In this document: one piece after another, positions 1 to 10,997 of the stretch | How the letters are laid out: each line of letters starts with the position of its first letter | Numbering within the stretch: the stretch's first letter is position 1 | From: Stegostoma tigrinum | Lineage: Eukaryota | NCBI RefSeq assembly: GCF_030684315.1 | Contig: NC_081387.1 | Location: 10,994,822 to 11,058,821, forward strand | DNA length: 64,000 bases | Direction of reading: 5' to 3' | Position numbers and translations under genes: made by a program | The notes under the pieces: model-generated | What the model was told of the DNA's origin: nothing | Seen by the model: only the letters and a program-made list of their open reading frames with translations | The model's database searches: none

Positions 1-144
1 ACCCACTCTCTTGTGGACCGAGAGGAGCAGAGCGCTGTGTTGGAGGTGGAAGGAAGACTACAGGTTGGCTGTGCACCCTTGCAACCGGTGGATTTTAATG
101 CTGGCTTCGGCCTAACGCTGGTTCAGGGGAGCAGCCAACCTGCA

Positions 145-1612
145 ATGATGGCTGCGGCAAGTGCTCGTGCCCCAGGTCAGGGGGTCCGGAACACCATCCG
201 TGTTTCCGTTAAGAAGGTGGATGAAAGTGCACCTGTGGACCGCACATTCTTCATGAAGAGGGTCCTGTTGGACTGTTGCGGGTTCGCTGCTGCGGGCATT
301 TACTGCCTGCAGGATTTCCCCGGAGGAGGTTTTAACGATGTAACCTTCAGGAGTGCCAAGCTTTGCGAGCACTTCCTGGAGGGTTTCAAGGAGAAAGGAG
401 GTGAGGGCCCCCTCTCTGTACTGACCGCTGTCCCTTTGCTCGTGATGCCAGTGCAGAGGAGCTGTATGGTGACTGTACACATGAACAACACGCATGTGCC
501 AGCAGTTGATGTCCTGATCTTCCTTGGAAGGTACGCGAAGGTGGAAGGGGACCTAACCAACATCATGGACCCCTTCGGGGTCTGGACCAGTAAGAGGCAG
601 GTCAAGGTGACGCTGAGGATGGGGGCGGATGGGAACATTGTACACCCACTGTCCAGCTTCACGATCGGCGGGAGCAAGAGCTACCTGACCTACACAGGGC
701 AACCTAAAGTCTGTCATGCCTGTGGTAGGTCAGGTCACGTGGCGGCCAACTGCAAAGCCACCATCGGCAGGAACTGCAGGGAGGAGGGACACCTTGCAAA
801 GGATTGCCCACAAGAAAAAAAGCTGCAAACTTTGCGGGGAAGTGGGCCACCTCTATAGGACATGCCCACGGCGGGGGACCACCTACGCCCAGGTCGCCAG
901 CAGGGGCAATGCGGGGCCAGCCACCCCGGAGAAGAGGAAGGCACCAGGGCCCTGCAAGGACCCCACTAATGTGCAGGAGGGCCAGGTTGTGCAGGAGGGC
1001 CCAGCCCCGCAGGATGGGCCTGAGGCCAGCAAAGCGCCCCTGCAGGCTCCGATCCCCCCCGACAACGCGGAGTCGATGGAGGCAGTGACAGGCGACCCAG
1101 GGGAGTGGACGACGGTCTGGAAAAGCGAGGAGGAAGGCGTGTCAGCGGGCCCAGGCACCACAACCATCAGGCCGGAAGAGGCAGCTACAGGGGGGCTATA
1201 AGAGCTCCTCTGACGAGGGAGATTCAGAGAGGGCCCGGCCAAAGCAGAAGCTGAAGATCTCAAGGGAGAAGGAAAGCAGCACCTGGCTTCCAGGTGACGG
1301 GAGGCATCCTGAGGCTCCCTCCGACACCCAGTCACGTGCCGCTGGGGCCCTGGAGGGGCCCCGGAACTTCCAGGCGGGAAGGAGGAAACAGCACATCCCC
1401 AGCCTGACCCAGAGCCGGACTCTCCTGCCTCCGTACCCGCGACGGGGGGATGCCACCCGGAAGGCAGCATGGACGGTTTCCTGAGCCTGGAGATCGTCCA
1501 GCAGTTAGCCCGGGCAATGGGCATGAAGGGACAGATGGAGGGGCTGGACCTTGGACTTGGGGAGGGTACTGCGGTCACTGCCCACAATGGGAGTACGAGT
1601 TGCGAGCATTAA
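145..1612 (+). pseudogene. Tx1 ORF1 (gag-like zinc-knuckle protein of the ZCCHC3-like type), frameshifted
   Basis: ATG at 145 (MMAAASARAPG). Knuckles CHACGRSGHVAANC, GRNCREEGHLAKDC and, after a frameshift at the A-run near 815-821, CKLCGEVGHLYRTC. A Pro/Glu-rich tail can be followed through two more frameshifts to TAA at 1610-1612. Confidence 0.85.
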
Positions 1613-4600
1613 TGTGCGCAGCGTCAAGTCCACCACAAGATGTGTATCCACGTTGGCCTACCCGACCACTGTCAAGGCCTCCCGTTTCTGCAGGAGTACG
1701 GAATACTGCGCCTCAGCAGGTACGGGAAATGGTCCGGTGCCTGGACCTGTGGGCCTTCGATCTGGTCGGGTGTAATGACTGTCGCTTCTCGGGCCTGGCT
1801 CTTCTGCTGCGGGGGCGCAACTTCACCATCTCTCAAGTTCAGGAGGTGGTGGGGGGGCACCTCCTAGTGGCTGATGTCACCTACAGGAACGCTTCCCTGA
1901 GGCTGATCAATGTGTATGCCCCAGCGGTACGGAGTGAGCGGTTGGCCGTCCTGCGGCGGCTTCCACCCCTGCTGGCTACGTCCAGGCCGGTCATCCTAGG
2001 CGGAGACTTCAACTGCATCATCGATGCAGACGGAAGATCTGGTGTGGGGAGAGCGGGTGGGGGGAGTCAACTGGATGTCACGTCCAGATTCCTGATGGGC
2101 ATGGTGAAGGACGCCAAGCTGCTCGACATCTTCAGCACCCCTGCAGATGGAGCGCAGCGGAGGTGCACCTGGTCGCGGCCAGACGGGTCTATTCGCTCAA
2201 GGACAGACTTCCTGTTTGTGTCACGGGCGTTCTCGGTCAGGTCCACCGGCGTCGAGCCGGTGTTCTTCACTGACCACTGCCTCCTGCTGGCCGACTGTCA
2301 CTCACAGGATGACCAGCCGGCCGACAAGGGGACATGGAAGCTCAACACGACTCTGTTGACCCCAGAGAACATCAAGGAGCTTAAGAGGGAGTATGCCGGT
2401 TGGAGAACCGTGAAACCCCTCTTTGAGTCTCCGGGTGACTGGTGGGAGATGGTGAAGGAGAACATCAAGAGGTTCTTTGTCCTCAAGGGTGCTCGGAAGG
2501 CGAGAGAGAGGCGGGAAAAGTTGTCGCGAGTCCAGAAAAGGGTGCAGAACCTGCTCCTTCTGCAGCTAATGGGGGTCAATGTCACAGAGGACCTCCGTGA
2601 GGTGAGGAGCCAGCAAGCCTCGCTCTTCGCCGCGGAGGCCTCCAGGATAATCCTCCGGTCCAGGTTCCGCTCCGTGGAGCAGGACGAGACGTGCTCACGT
2701 TTCTTCTTTCAGAAGGTGCACAAAGAGTGCTCTGTGCTTAGCCGGCTGAAGGAGGACAACGGCTCAGTGACGTCGGCTCGGCCCGACATTTTGAGGATCA
2801 GCAGATCCTTCTATGCCGGACTGTACGACACGAAGCCCACAGACAGCACGGCCTCCGAGTCGTTCCTATCGTCTATCACGGAGGTCTTGGACGTCGGCAC
2901 GAGGGAGTGGCTGGACCGGCCGATATCTCTGGATGAGCTGACCGGAGCCCTCAAGTCCTTGGAGAGGAATAAGACTCCCGGGAGCGATGGCTTACCGGTC
3001 GAGCTGTATTCCGCTCTGTGGGACCTGGTCGGCCAGGACCTGCTGGAGGTGTACGATAGTGCGCTTCAGGCAGGGGAAATGTGCAAGTCCATCTGCCTCA
3101 GCAGCCTGGACCAGGAGAAGGCCTTCGACAGAGTCTCTCATGCTTACATGAGGGACGTCCTCTCCAAATTGGGGCTTGGGGAGGGCATCCGCAATTGAAT
3201 CCGGCTGCTCGACACCAACATCGTTAACACAGTCTCGATCTCTCTCCTGCCTTGTTCGTGTGCTGTGTGGAGCCCTTCGCTGCATCCATCAGGAAGGACA
3301 TGGGCCTGAAGGGCGTGACTATCCCAGGCAGCAGAGGCCTTCAGGTCAAGACCTCCCTGTACATGGATGACGTCGCCATCTTCTGCACCGATCGTCGGTC
3401 GGTGAGTAGGCTGTTGGACATCTGCGGCCAGTTTGAACTAGCCTCAGGTGCCAAAGTCAATAGGGGTAAGAGCGAGGTCATGTTCTTCAGGAACTGGGAC
3501 GACCGCTCCTTCATCCCCTTCACCGTCAGGACAGACTACCTGAAGGTGCTGGGTGTTTGGTTTGGTGGAGCTGGGGCGTGCACTAAGACTTGGGAGGAGC
3601 GTATTACCAAACTGAAGCAGAAGCTGGGCAGGTGGACGCTCCGGTCCCTCTACATCGCGGGTAAGAACCTGGTTGTCAGGTGCGAGGGGCTTTCGGTACT
3701 GTTGTATGTGGTGCAGGCCTGGCCTATTCCCTGGACCTGCGCCACTGTGGTCACCCGGGCCATCTTCCACTTCATTTGGGGGTCGGGGATGGACCGGGTC
3801 CGCAGGGACACCATGTGCAAAGACCTGGGAAATGGGGGAAAGGGCGTACCGAACGCCACCCTCGCCCTGATGGCTACCTTTGTGTGTGGCTGCATCAAGC
3901 TGAGAGTAGATCCTCAGTACGCAAACACCAAGTGTCACTACTTACTGAGGTTCTACCTGTTCCCCGTGTTGCAAAGGATGGGCCTAGCCTCGTTGCCGCA
4001 GAATCTCCGTGTAGTTGGACCATCCCGTACCACCTGTCCTTCATGGAGAAATTTTTGAAGGGAAACACCTTTGACCACAAGGCCGTCAGGCAGTGGTCAG
4101 CACGTAGTATCCTCGAGACCCTTCGGGAAAAGGAGAGGGTGGATCCCGTCATGTGGTTCCCCATGCAGACTGCCAAAGTCATTTGGCAGAATGCCTCATC
4201 ACCAGAACTTTCAAACAAGCACAAGGACATTGCTTGGCTGGTGGTGAGAGGGGTTCTGCCGGTGAGATCCTTTATGCATGCCCGGAATCTCTGCGCCACT
4301 GCACGCTGCCCTCGAGGCGGCTGCGGGGGGGATGAGACTGTCGATTACCTCCTTCTGGGGTGTGCCTATGCGCAGGAGGTCTGGAGGGGGATGCAGTGGT
4401 ATTTGTCGAGGTTCATCCCGAGCAGTTCCGTGACGCGGGACTCCGTGGTCTACAGGCTGTTTCCCAGGACGAACACCGAGACCAACATCAACTGCGCCTG
4501 GAGGACCATCAATGCGGTGAAAGATGCTCTTTGGCCTGCCCGCAACTTTTTGGTATGCCAGCTGAAAGAACTGACCCCAACCGAGTGTTGCAGACTGGCG

Positions 4601-4690
4601 CACTCCAAGGTCCAGGACTACGTGCTGAGGGACGCGCTAAAGCTTGGGGCAGCCGCCGCCAAGGCGCAGTGGGGAAAGACCACCGTATGA
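1587..4690 (+). pseudogene. Tx1 ORF2 (APE endonuclease plus reverse transcriptase), frameshifted, with two internal deletions
   Basis: Starts MGVRVASINVR at 1587. Endonuclease motifs FLQE, LINVYAP, ILGGDFN, TDHC. RT motifs KTPGSDGLP, LDQEKAFDRV, YMDD near 3360 and YLKVLGV. C-terminal CPRGGCGGDETVDYLLLGC. Pieced together from ORFs 1551, 1640, 1450, 3252 and 3680. Confidence 0.92.
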
Positions 4691-7066
4691 AACCCCTCGT
4701 CCAGAATAGAAAAAAGGGCCCTATCTGGTAACTGGGCCCAGCTGGCGCCTTCCCCAACTGGTCAGGGGGCCAACGGGGACTGTGCGGGGTGACAACTGCC
4801 GGGGTATTTTCTTTGCTTTGTGTTTTTTCTGCTTTGTTTGTTTTTTTTCCTTTAGTTGGTGTACGTACCCCCTGGGTAACCCGGAGCGGCTTTCATGACT
4901 GGGTAGGTGTATAAATATGTTTTATTTTTTGTACATCTTATGAATAAAGTATATTTTTTCAAATAAAAAAAGTGACAAAACATCTGAAAACTAACCTTCC
5001 AGCTCAGCGAGCAAACACATCCATAAAAATAATTACTTTAGTAATCTGATGTTCAACCATTCTGCTGAATTGAAGCTTATAGTTAATGTTTCACTGTTGT
5101 GTGGCTCTATTTGGTTTCACTTTTGAAAGAAAAATTGGCATGGAATGAGGAACAGATTGAAGACACTATGCTATTGTTTTAGCGATACAACACCAGGCCA
5201 AAGGGCCAGCCTTGTTCTCATTGATCATTTGTGAGAAAATGCAAACCACAAGGAAGAATATGAAAGAACACATCCTCAAAGCTTGTCAGCTCTTTATCAG
5301 CAACAAGTATTACTGCCTTGAAACAAAACCATGCAGATCTTAATCGGCTGTACTTTGCAAAAAATGTTTTAGAAGTGAGGCAAAGCTGTTGAACTAAACA
5401 CAATTTTTTGACATTGTATTTGAGTTAACTTTGTAACAATGTGTGTGGAAGTTTGTAATACTGTAAATAGGTATCAGACGTGATTATAGGTTAACTGAAT
5501 GTATCAGACATTTGACTAATTCATTCCATTTAAATACACTGTATAGCAATTTGTATATGTTTGAAAGTTGTGATATTCATTATCCAACATTATGAATATC
5601 GAATATACAAGCAATAGTTTAACTACATATTTTGTCATGAAAGTAATATGAACTCTATCCATGCATTCTAACACTGCAGTGCCGAAAACACTTCTCTTAA
5701 CAAGTGGCTTCGACGAAAGAACATGAGGTCAATGATTTGATGTGCAGTGAACATTGAGAACAATTAAGATAATGACCTCATTGTGGCCTTGCAACATTTG
5801 ACCCTCTGCCAGCACACGTTTCCCTTTGCAAACCAAATGCATAAAGAACAAGTCAAACTCTTTTAGCAAAACAATAACAATGAAATTTTAATGAATGGGA
5901 TGAGCCTATGGATAATTGACAACTTCAAAAAACTGGAGAAAGTTAGAGGTGCCAGAAGTTGCTACCTATCTCAATTCAAATCCCTCATTAGATCTGGTGA
6001 TTCCCTTAAATCAATAAACAATGAGCACCATCTCACCTCACTTAATCACAATGTAATGATGCAAGTAATAATGCTCTGTTTTGTGGCTTGGAAAGTGTTG
6101 ACCATTTCTGACAGAATTTCTCACTGGCAGAGGCAAGCATTAAGTTTAAAACTGAAGTTATCCCATCAAGTAAGTGTATACCTGGCTTTTCCAGATTCTG
6201 CACCTCCACCCCAAGTGATATTTATTCTCCACTGTTTTTAGGGACACGGACAGAAGCTGCAAAGGAGTCATGATAAAGTCTACATCCTCCTGTTTTACCA
6301 CAATGTTGGATGCTCAACTTGGGCTGATCCATGTTGTGGGACATTAAAGTGATAATCCTTATAGCAGGGGATAGGTAACTACTCTCTGTTAGGATCATGA
6401 AAGGTTGACTCTTCTGGTGCTCCAGTGTAATGTGCTAAATCTTCCTGACCTGAACTCTCAGCAGGAAAGAGCTAAGCTGTATTTATTTGGACTCTGACAT
6501 TACAGGCACGACTCCCAGGTGTTTTAAATCCAGCTCACGTACGAACGCTCATGCTATCATTAATAAATATGCAGGAGAAAAAAAACTGGATTAAACTTTG
6601 AAATATAAACTGTAACTTGGTATAAGGGTGCAAATCAAAAGGGAATCTTTTTTTTTCTTTCATTGATTATTTTATAGAACCATCTATTTATTTTCCAGCC
6701 ATTCTCAGTTTAAAAAAAAGAAACAGCAGTAATGTAATTTCAATGGGTGCTTGCGTATGTCTGGAAAAGATTTTGTGAATAGTGAAACCAGTGCGTGTAG
6801 TTTATCTTAAATATTTATACATGCTTATTATGTTCAACAAATAAATGCATTCTTGGTTAATATCATTTTCCCCGAGACCATTTTATTCACTTTCAAAAGA
6901 GAGATAACGGTTACTGGACTCAAAGGGACAAAGGAGGGTTTGGAAAGTAAAGAGATACAGGAGCATTTTTATAGAAAGTCTTGATATGAAAATTGACAGG
7001 CTTGGGGTGGGGAATGTTGGTAAATTCTTGGGAAAGCAGACGTTGGCAAATAACTAGAATTGGAAT

Positions 7067-7892
7067 CAGAGATAATGGGAACTGCAGATTCTAGACAATC
7101 CGAGATAGCAAAGTGTGGAGCTGGATGAACACAGCAGGCCAAGCAACATCTTAGGAGCACAAAAGCTGATGTTTCGGGCTTAGACCCTTCATCAGAAAAG
7201 AGGGAGGGGGAGGGTTCTGAAATAAATAGGAAAAGACGGGGAGGCAGATCGAAGATGGATAATGGAGAAGATAGGTGGAGAGGAGACAGACAGTTCAAAG
7301 AGGCGGGGATGGAGCCAGTACAGGTGATGTAGGTGTGGAGTAAGTGAGGAAATAGGTTGGTTCAGGGAGGACAGGCAGGTCAAAGAGGTGGGATGAGGTT
7401 AGTAGGTAGGAAGTGGAGGTACAGCTTGTGGAGGGAGGAGGGAAGAGATGAGTGGAAGAACAGCTTCCCCTCACTGCATCCCAAAACCAGCCCAGCTTGT
7501 CCCCGCCTCCCTAATCTGTTGTTCTCCTCACCTATCCCCTCCTCCCACCTCAAACTGCACCCCCACCTCCTACCTACTAAACTCATCCTGTCCCCTTGAC
7601 CTGTCCGTCCTCCCTGGACTGACCTATCCCCTCCCTTACTCCCCGCCCACACTCCATCCCCACGTCTTTGACTGGTGTGCCTCCTCTCCACCTATCTTCT
7701 CCTGTATCCATCTTTGATCTGCACCCCCTCCCCTATTTATTTCAGAACCCTCTCCCCCTCCCCCTCCCCCTTTTCTGGTGAAGGGTCTAGGCCAGAAACA
7801 TCAGCTTTCCTGCTCCTAAGATGCAGTTTGGCCTGCTGTATTCATCCAGCCCCACACTTTGTTAACCAGAATGCCGGTGCTGCACACTTTGT
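7067..7892. mobile_element. Penelope-like element 3' fragment with inverted arms and a 16-bp TSD
   Basis: Minus arm about 7067-7450 and plus arm about 7460-7865 are diverged reverse complements. TAACTAGAATTGGAAT occurs at 7051-7066 and 7893-7908. Confidence 0.85.
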
Positions 7893-8384
7893 TAACTAGA
7901 ATTGGAATATCCTTTACTGTCACCTGTCCTCACGTACGGATGTTCCGGAGTACAATCACAAGTTTAAAATGTTGCTGTTCTCTGGTGCTAACCGAGTTGT
8001 AAGATAATTAAAGGGTAATATGGTGGGAAGGTATTGGGAGACATGAGGGGGAGGATACACCACAAACATTAATTATCAAACCAAAACAAGAAGGTTGTAT
8101 GTGATGGTGCGGAACATCAGAGATCCCCAAGTCTGGAATGTATATTGTCACCAACATTAGAAAATGGAAGAGAAGGAATGTGGAAATGAGATAAAGGAAA
8201 AGCCTGATGAACGTCAATATATTGAAGATCAGGAGCCATCTTCTTTACCAATATTGTTAAACGAGGAAATGCCTGCAATGCAATTTGATTTTACCTCACT
8301 CGTTTAAGTTTTTTTTTAATAAAACAGTGCAATTCCAAAAATTAACTAAGGGAAGAAGGAATGAGAGAAGGCAAAACGGAAACT

Positions 8385-8471
8385 TGAAGGGTCTAGGCCC
8401 TAAACGTCAGCTTTTGTGCTCCTAAGATGCTGCTTGGCCTGCTGTGTTCATCCAGCCCCACACTTTGTTAT
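8385..8471 (+). repeat. Penelope-like pLTR fragment
   Basis: gaagggtctaggccctaaacgtcagcttttgtgctcctaagatgctgcttggcctgctgtgttcatccagc, the same unit as at 7.8, 10.9 and 37.1 kb. Confidence 0.8.
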
Positions 8472-8862
8472 CCAGAATGTCGGTGCTGCAACCGGGTGAC
8501 AGGAAAGACTTTGGTCGAAGACCCGGCTTCGGCAGGTGCTGCTCCGGTAACATCTCATCTGGAAAAGACATCTCGAGAAATGAAGTAAAGCAAAGTCATG
8601 AATTCATTGGTCTCTGAATGTTAGAGGCTGGTGTTTGAAAAGAAAACGAGATGCTTGAAGTAATTATAATTAATCAAGATGGGCTGGGAGAGGTCAACAG
8701 AAGTGAGTAATTCAATTATTTATTTCATTCTTAAGTGATACGATTTTGTGCATGGGTAAAGATTAAATTAGTGCAACGAGCAGTGATGAGAAAAGTCTTT
8801 AGTTTCATTCAATAACTAATTTAGAACACAATGTCGTAATTGAGACAAATCAAGGTGGTATC

Positions 8863-8965
8863 TCTGAAGGAGGGTCCAGGCCCGAAACGTCAACTTTCCT
8901 GCTCCTTTGATGCTGCTTGGCCTGCTGTGTTCATCCAGCTCTACACCTTGTTATCTCGGCATCTC
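8863..8965 (+). repeat. Penelope-like pLTR fragment
   Basis: ctgaaggagggtccaggcccgaaacgtcaac...gctgtgttcatccagctctacaccttgttatctc. Confidence 0.8.
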
Positions 8966-9349
8966 TGGTCATGATTTGCCATTCCTGAAACGGTTCGCTC
9001 CAGGACAAACACATCTGCTGTAAGCGCGTGCAACTGCAGAAACTTAACCTTAGCCTTTTTTTATTTCTGAGCTGCACACAAAGCATTGTGGTGAGGGAAA
9101 TTGTCATTTTCTCGCAGCTCTTGGTTAGGACTCTACAGGGCAAGTCCTTGTGATTCGGGCAGGATCTGGAGTTCACAACAGCAGTGAGGCACTTGCAAGC
9201 AAGGACCCCGAGATCTGAGTGCAGGATTCTCAACTTTTGCTGTTTTCCAAAAGATTCTTACAGCTTGATTTTACGATGTCGTATCGATGAACTAATTCAT
9301 GATGCCGTGCTACTGGAAGTTATTACAAACCAGGAAATGAAAAGCAATA

Positions 9350-10997
9350 GAGATAACATGGTGTGGAGCTGGATGAACACAGCAGGCCAAGCAGCATCTG
9401 AGGAGCAGGAAAGCTGACGTTTCAGGCCTAGAACCTTCTTCAGAAATGGGGGAGGGGAAGGGAGTGCTGAAATAAATAGGGAAAGAGTGGGGAAGGGGAT
9501 AGAAGATGGATAGAGGAAAAGACAGATGGAGAAGAGACAATAGGAGCCAGTAAAGGTGAGTGTAGGTGGGGAGTCAGGGAGGGGATATTTCGGTTCAGGG
9601 AGGATGGGCAGGTCAAGGAGGCGGGATGAGGCTAGGAGGTAGGAGATGGGGTGGGGCTTGATGTGGGAGGAGTGGACAGGTGGGAGGACAGGTTAGGGAG
9701 TCTGGTACAAGCTGGGCTGGTTTTGGGATGCGGTTGGGGGAGAGAAGATTTTGAATCTTGTGATGTCCACATTAATACCATTGGGCTGCAGGGTTCCCAG
9801 GCTTGCTGTTCCTGCAAGCTTTGGGTGGCATTGTTGTGGCACTGCAGGAGGCCCAGGATGGACATGTCATCCAAGGAGTTGGGGGGGGTGAGTTGAAATC
9901 ATTCCAGAGGTTGGTGGGGTGGTTGGTAACGATAAAGACGCTGGTGGGGAGCTCCTCGTCCACATTTACCACCCCACCGACTTCTGGATCCAATGCACCA
10001 TCCTCTGATAATTCCGCCATCTGCAATCTGACCCCAGTACCAAAGACATCTTTCCCTCCTTCTCTGCTTTCCGGAGGGACCACTCTCGCCATGATTCCCT
10101 CATTCATTCCACAATTCTCACCAGCCCCACCATGACTGGCACTTTTCCCTGCACCCGCAAGAAGTGCTACACCTGCCCCTAGACCTCCCCACTCACCCCC
10201 ATTCCAGGCCCTAAGAAGATCTTCCACATCAAGCAGATGTTCACCCATGCATCTGGAATATGGTATCCGCTGTTCCCATTGTGGCCTCCTCTACATCGGA
10301 GAAACCAAGCAGAGGCTTGGGGAAAGGTTGCAGAACATCTAAACTTGGTTCACAACAAACGACTACACCTCCCAGTCATGAACCATTTCAATGCCCTCTC
10401 CCACTCCTTAGATGATCTGTCCATCCTAGGCCTCCTGTAGTGCCACAGCGATGTCACCCGTAGGTTGCAGGAACAACATCTCATATCCTGCTTGGGACCC
10501 TGCAGCCTAATGGTATCAATGTGGGTTTCACAAGCTTCAAAATCTCCCCTTCCCCGACTGCATCCCAAAACCAGCCCAGCTCGTCCCCACCTCCCTAACC
10601 TGTCCTCCCAACTATCCACTCCTCCCACCTCAATCCCCACCCCCATTTCCTACCTGCTGCCTTCATCCCACCTCCTTGACCTGTACGTCCTGCCTGAACT
10701 GACCTATCCCCTCCCTAACTCACCACCTAACTCACCTTTACTGGCTCCAACCCCACCTCTTTGACCGGTCTGTCTCCTCTCCACCTATCTTCTCCTTTAT
10801 CCATCTTCTATCCCCCTCCCACTTTCTCACTATTTATTTCTGAATCCTCTTCCCGTCCCCCATTTCTGAAGAAGGGTCTAGACCTGGAACATAAGCTTTC
10901 CTGCTCCTCTGCTGCTGCTTGGCCTGCTGTGTTCACCCAGCTCTACACCTTGTGATCTCAGAATCTCCAGCATCTGCAGTTCCTACTATCTCCTACT
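9350..10997 (+). mobile_element. Penelope-like element, 5'-truncated with an inverted arm; GIY-YIG endonuclease remnant; 14-bp TSD
   Basis: The plus arm (about 9935-10997) encodes CSHCGLLYIGETKQRLG and HFNALSHSLDDLSILGLL...RLQEQHLISCLG. The minus arm (9350-9905) repeats the 3' part. AATGAAAAGCAATA occurs at 9336-9349 and 10998-11011. Confidence 0.9.

Larger units (their letters stand above)
1..4971 (+). mobile_element. Tx1-clade (L1 group) non-LTR retrotransposon, near full length, disrupted; the 5' end probably lies upstream of the window
   Basis: GC- and CpG-rich block with ORF1 (three CCHC knuckles) and ORF2 (APE endonuclease, RT, C-terminal Cys motif). T-rich 3' UTR, AATAAA at 4943-4948, A-rich tail ending at 4971, then an abrupt change to AT-rich DNA. 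Confidence 0.93.

Noticed and set aside
112-4757. Many antisense and alternate-frame ORFs over the Tx1 element (for example 883..1587 minus)
   Set aside because: They are shadows of GC-rich coding sequence and have no independent motifs.
6969-10955. Recurrent peptide PETSAF.LLRCCLACCVHPA in several ORFs
   Set aside because: This is the translation of the Penelope pLTR repeat, not a protein family.
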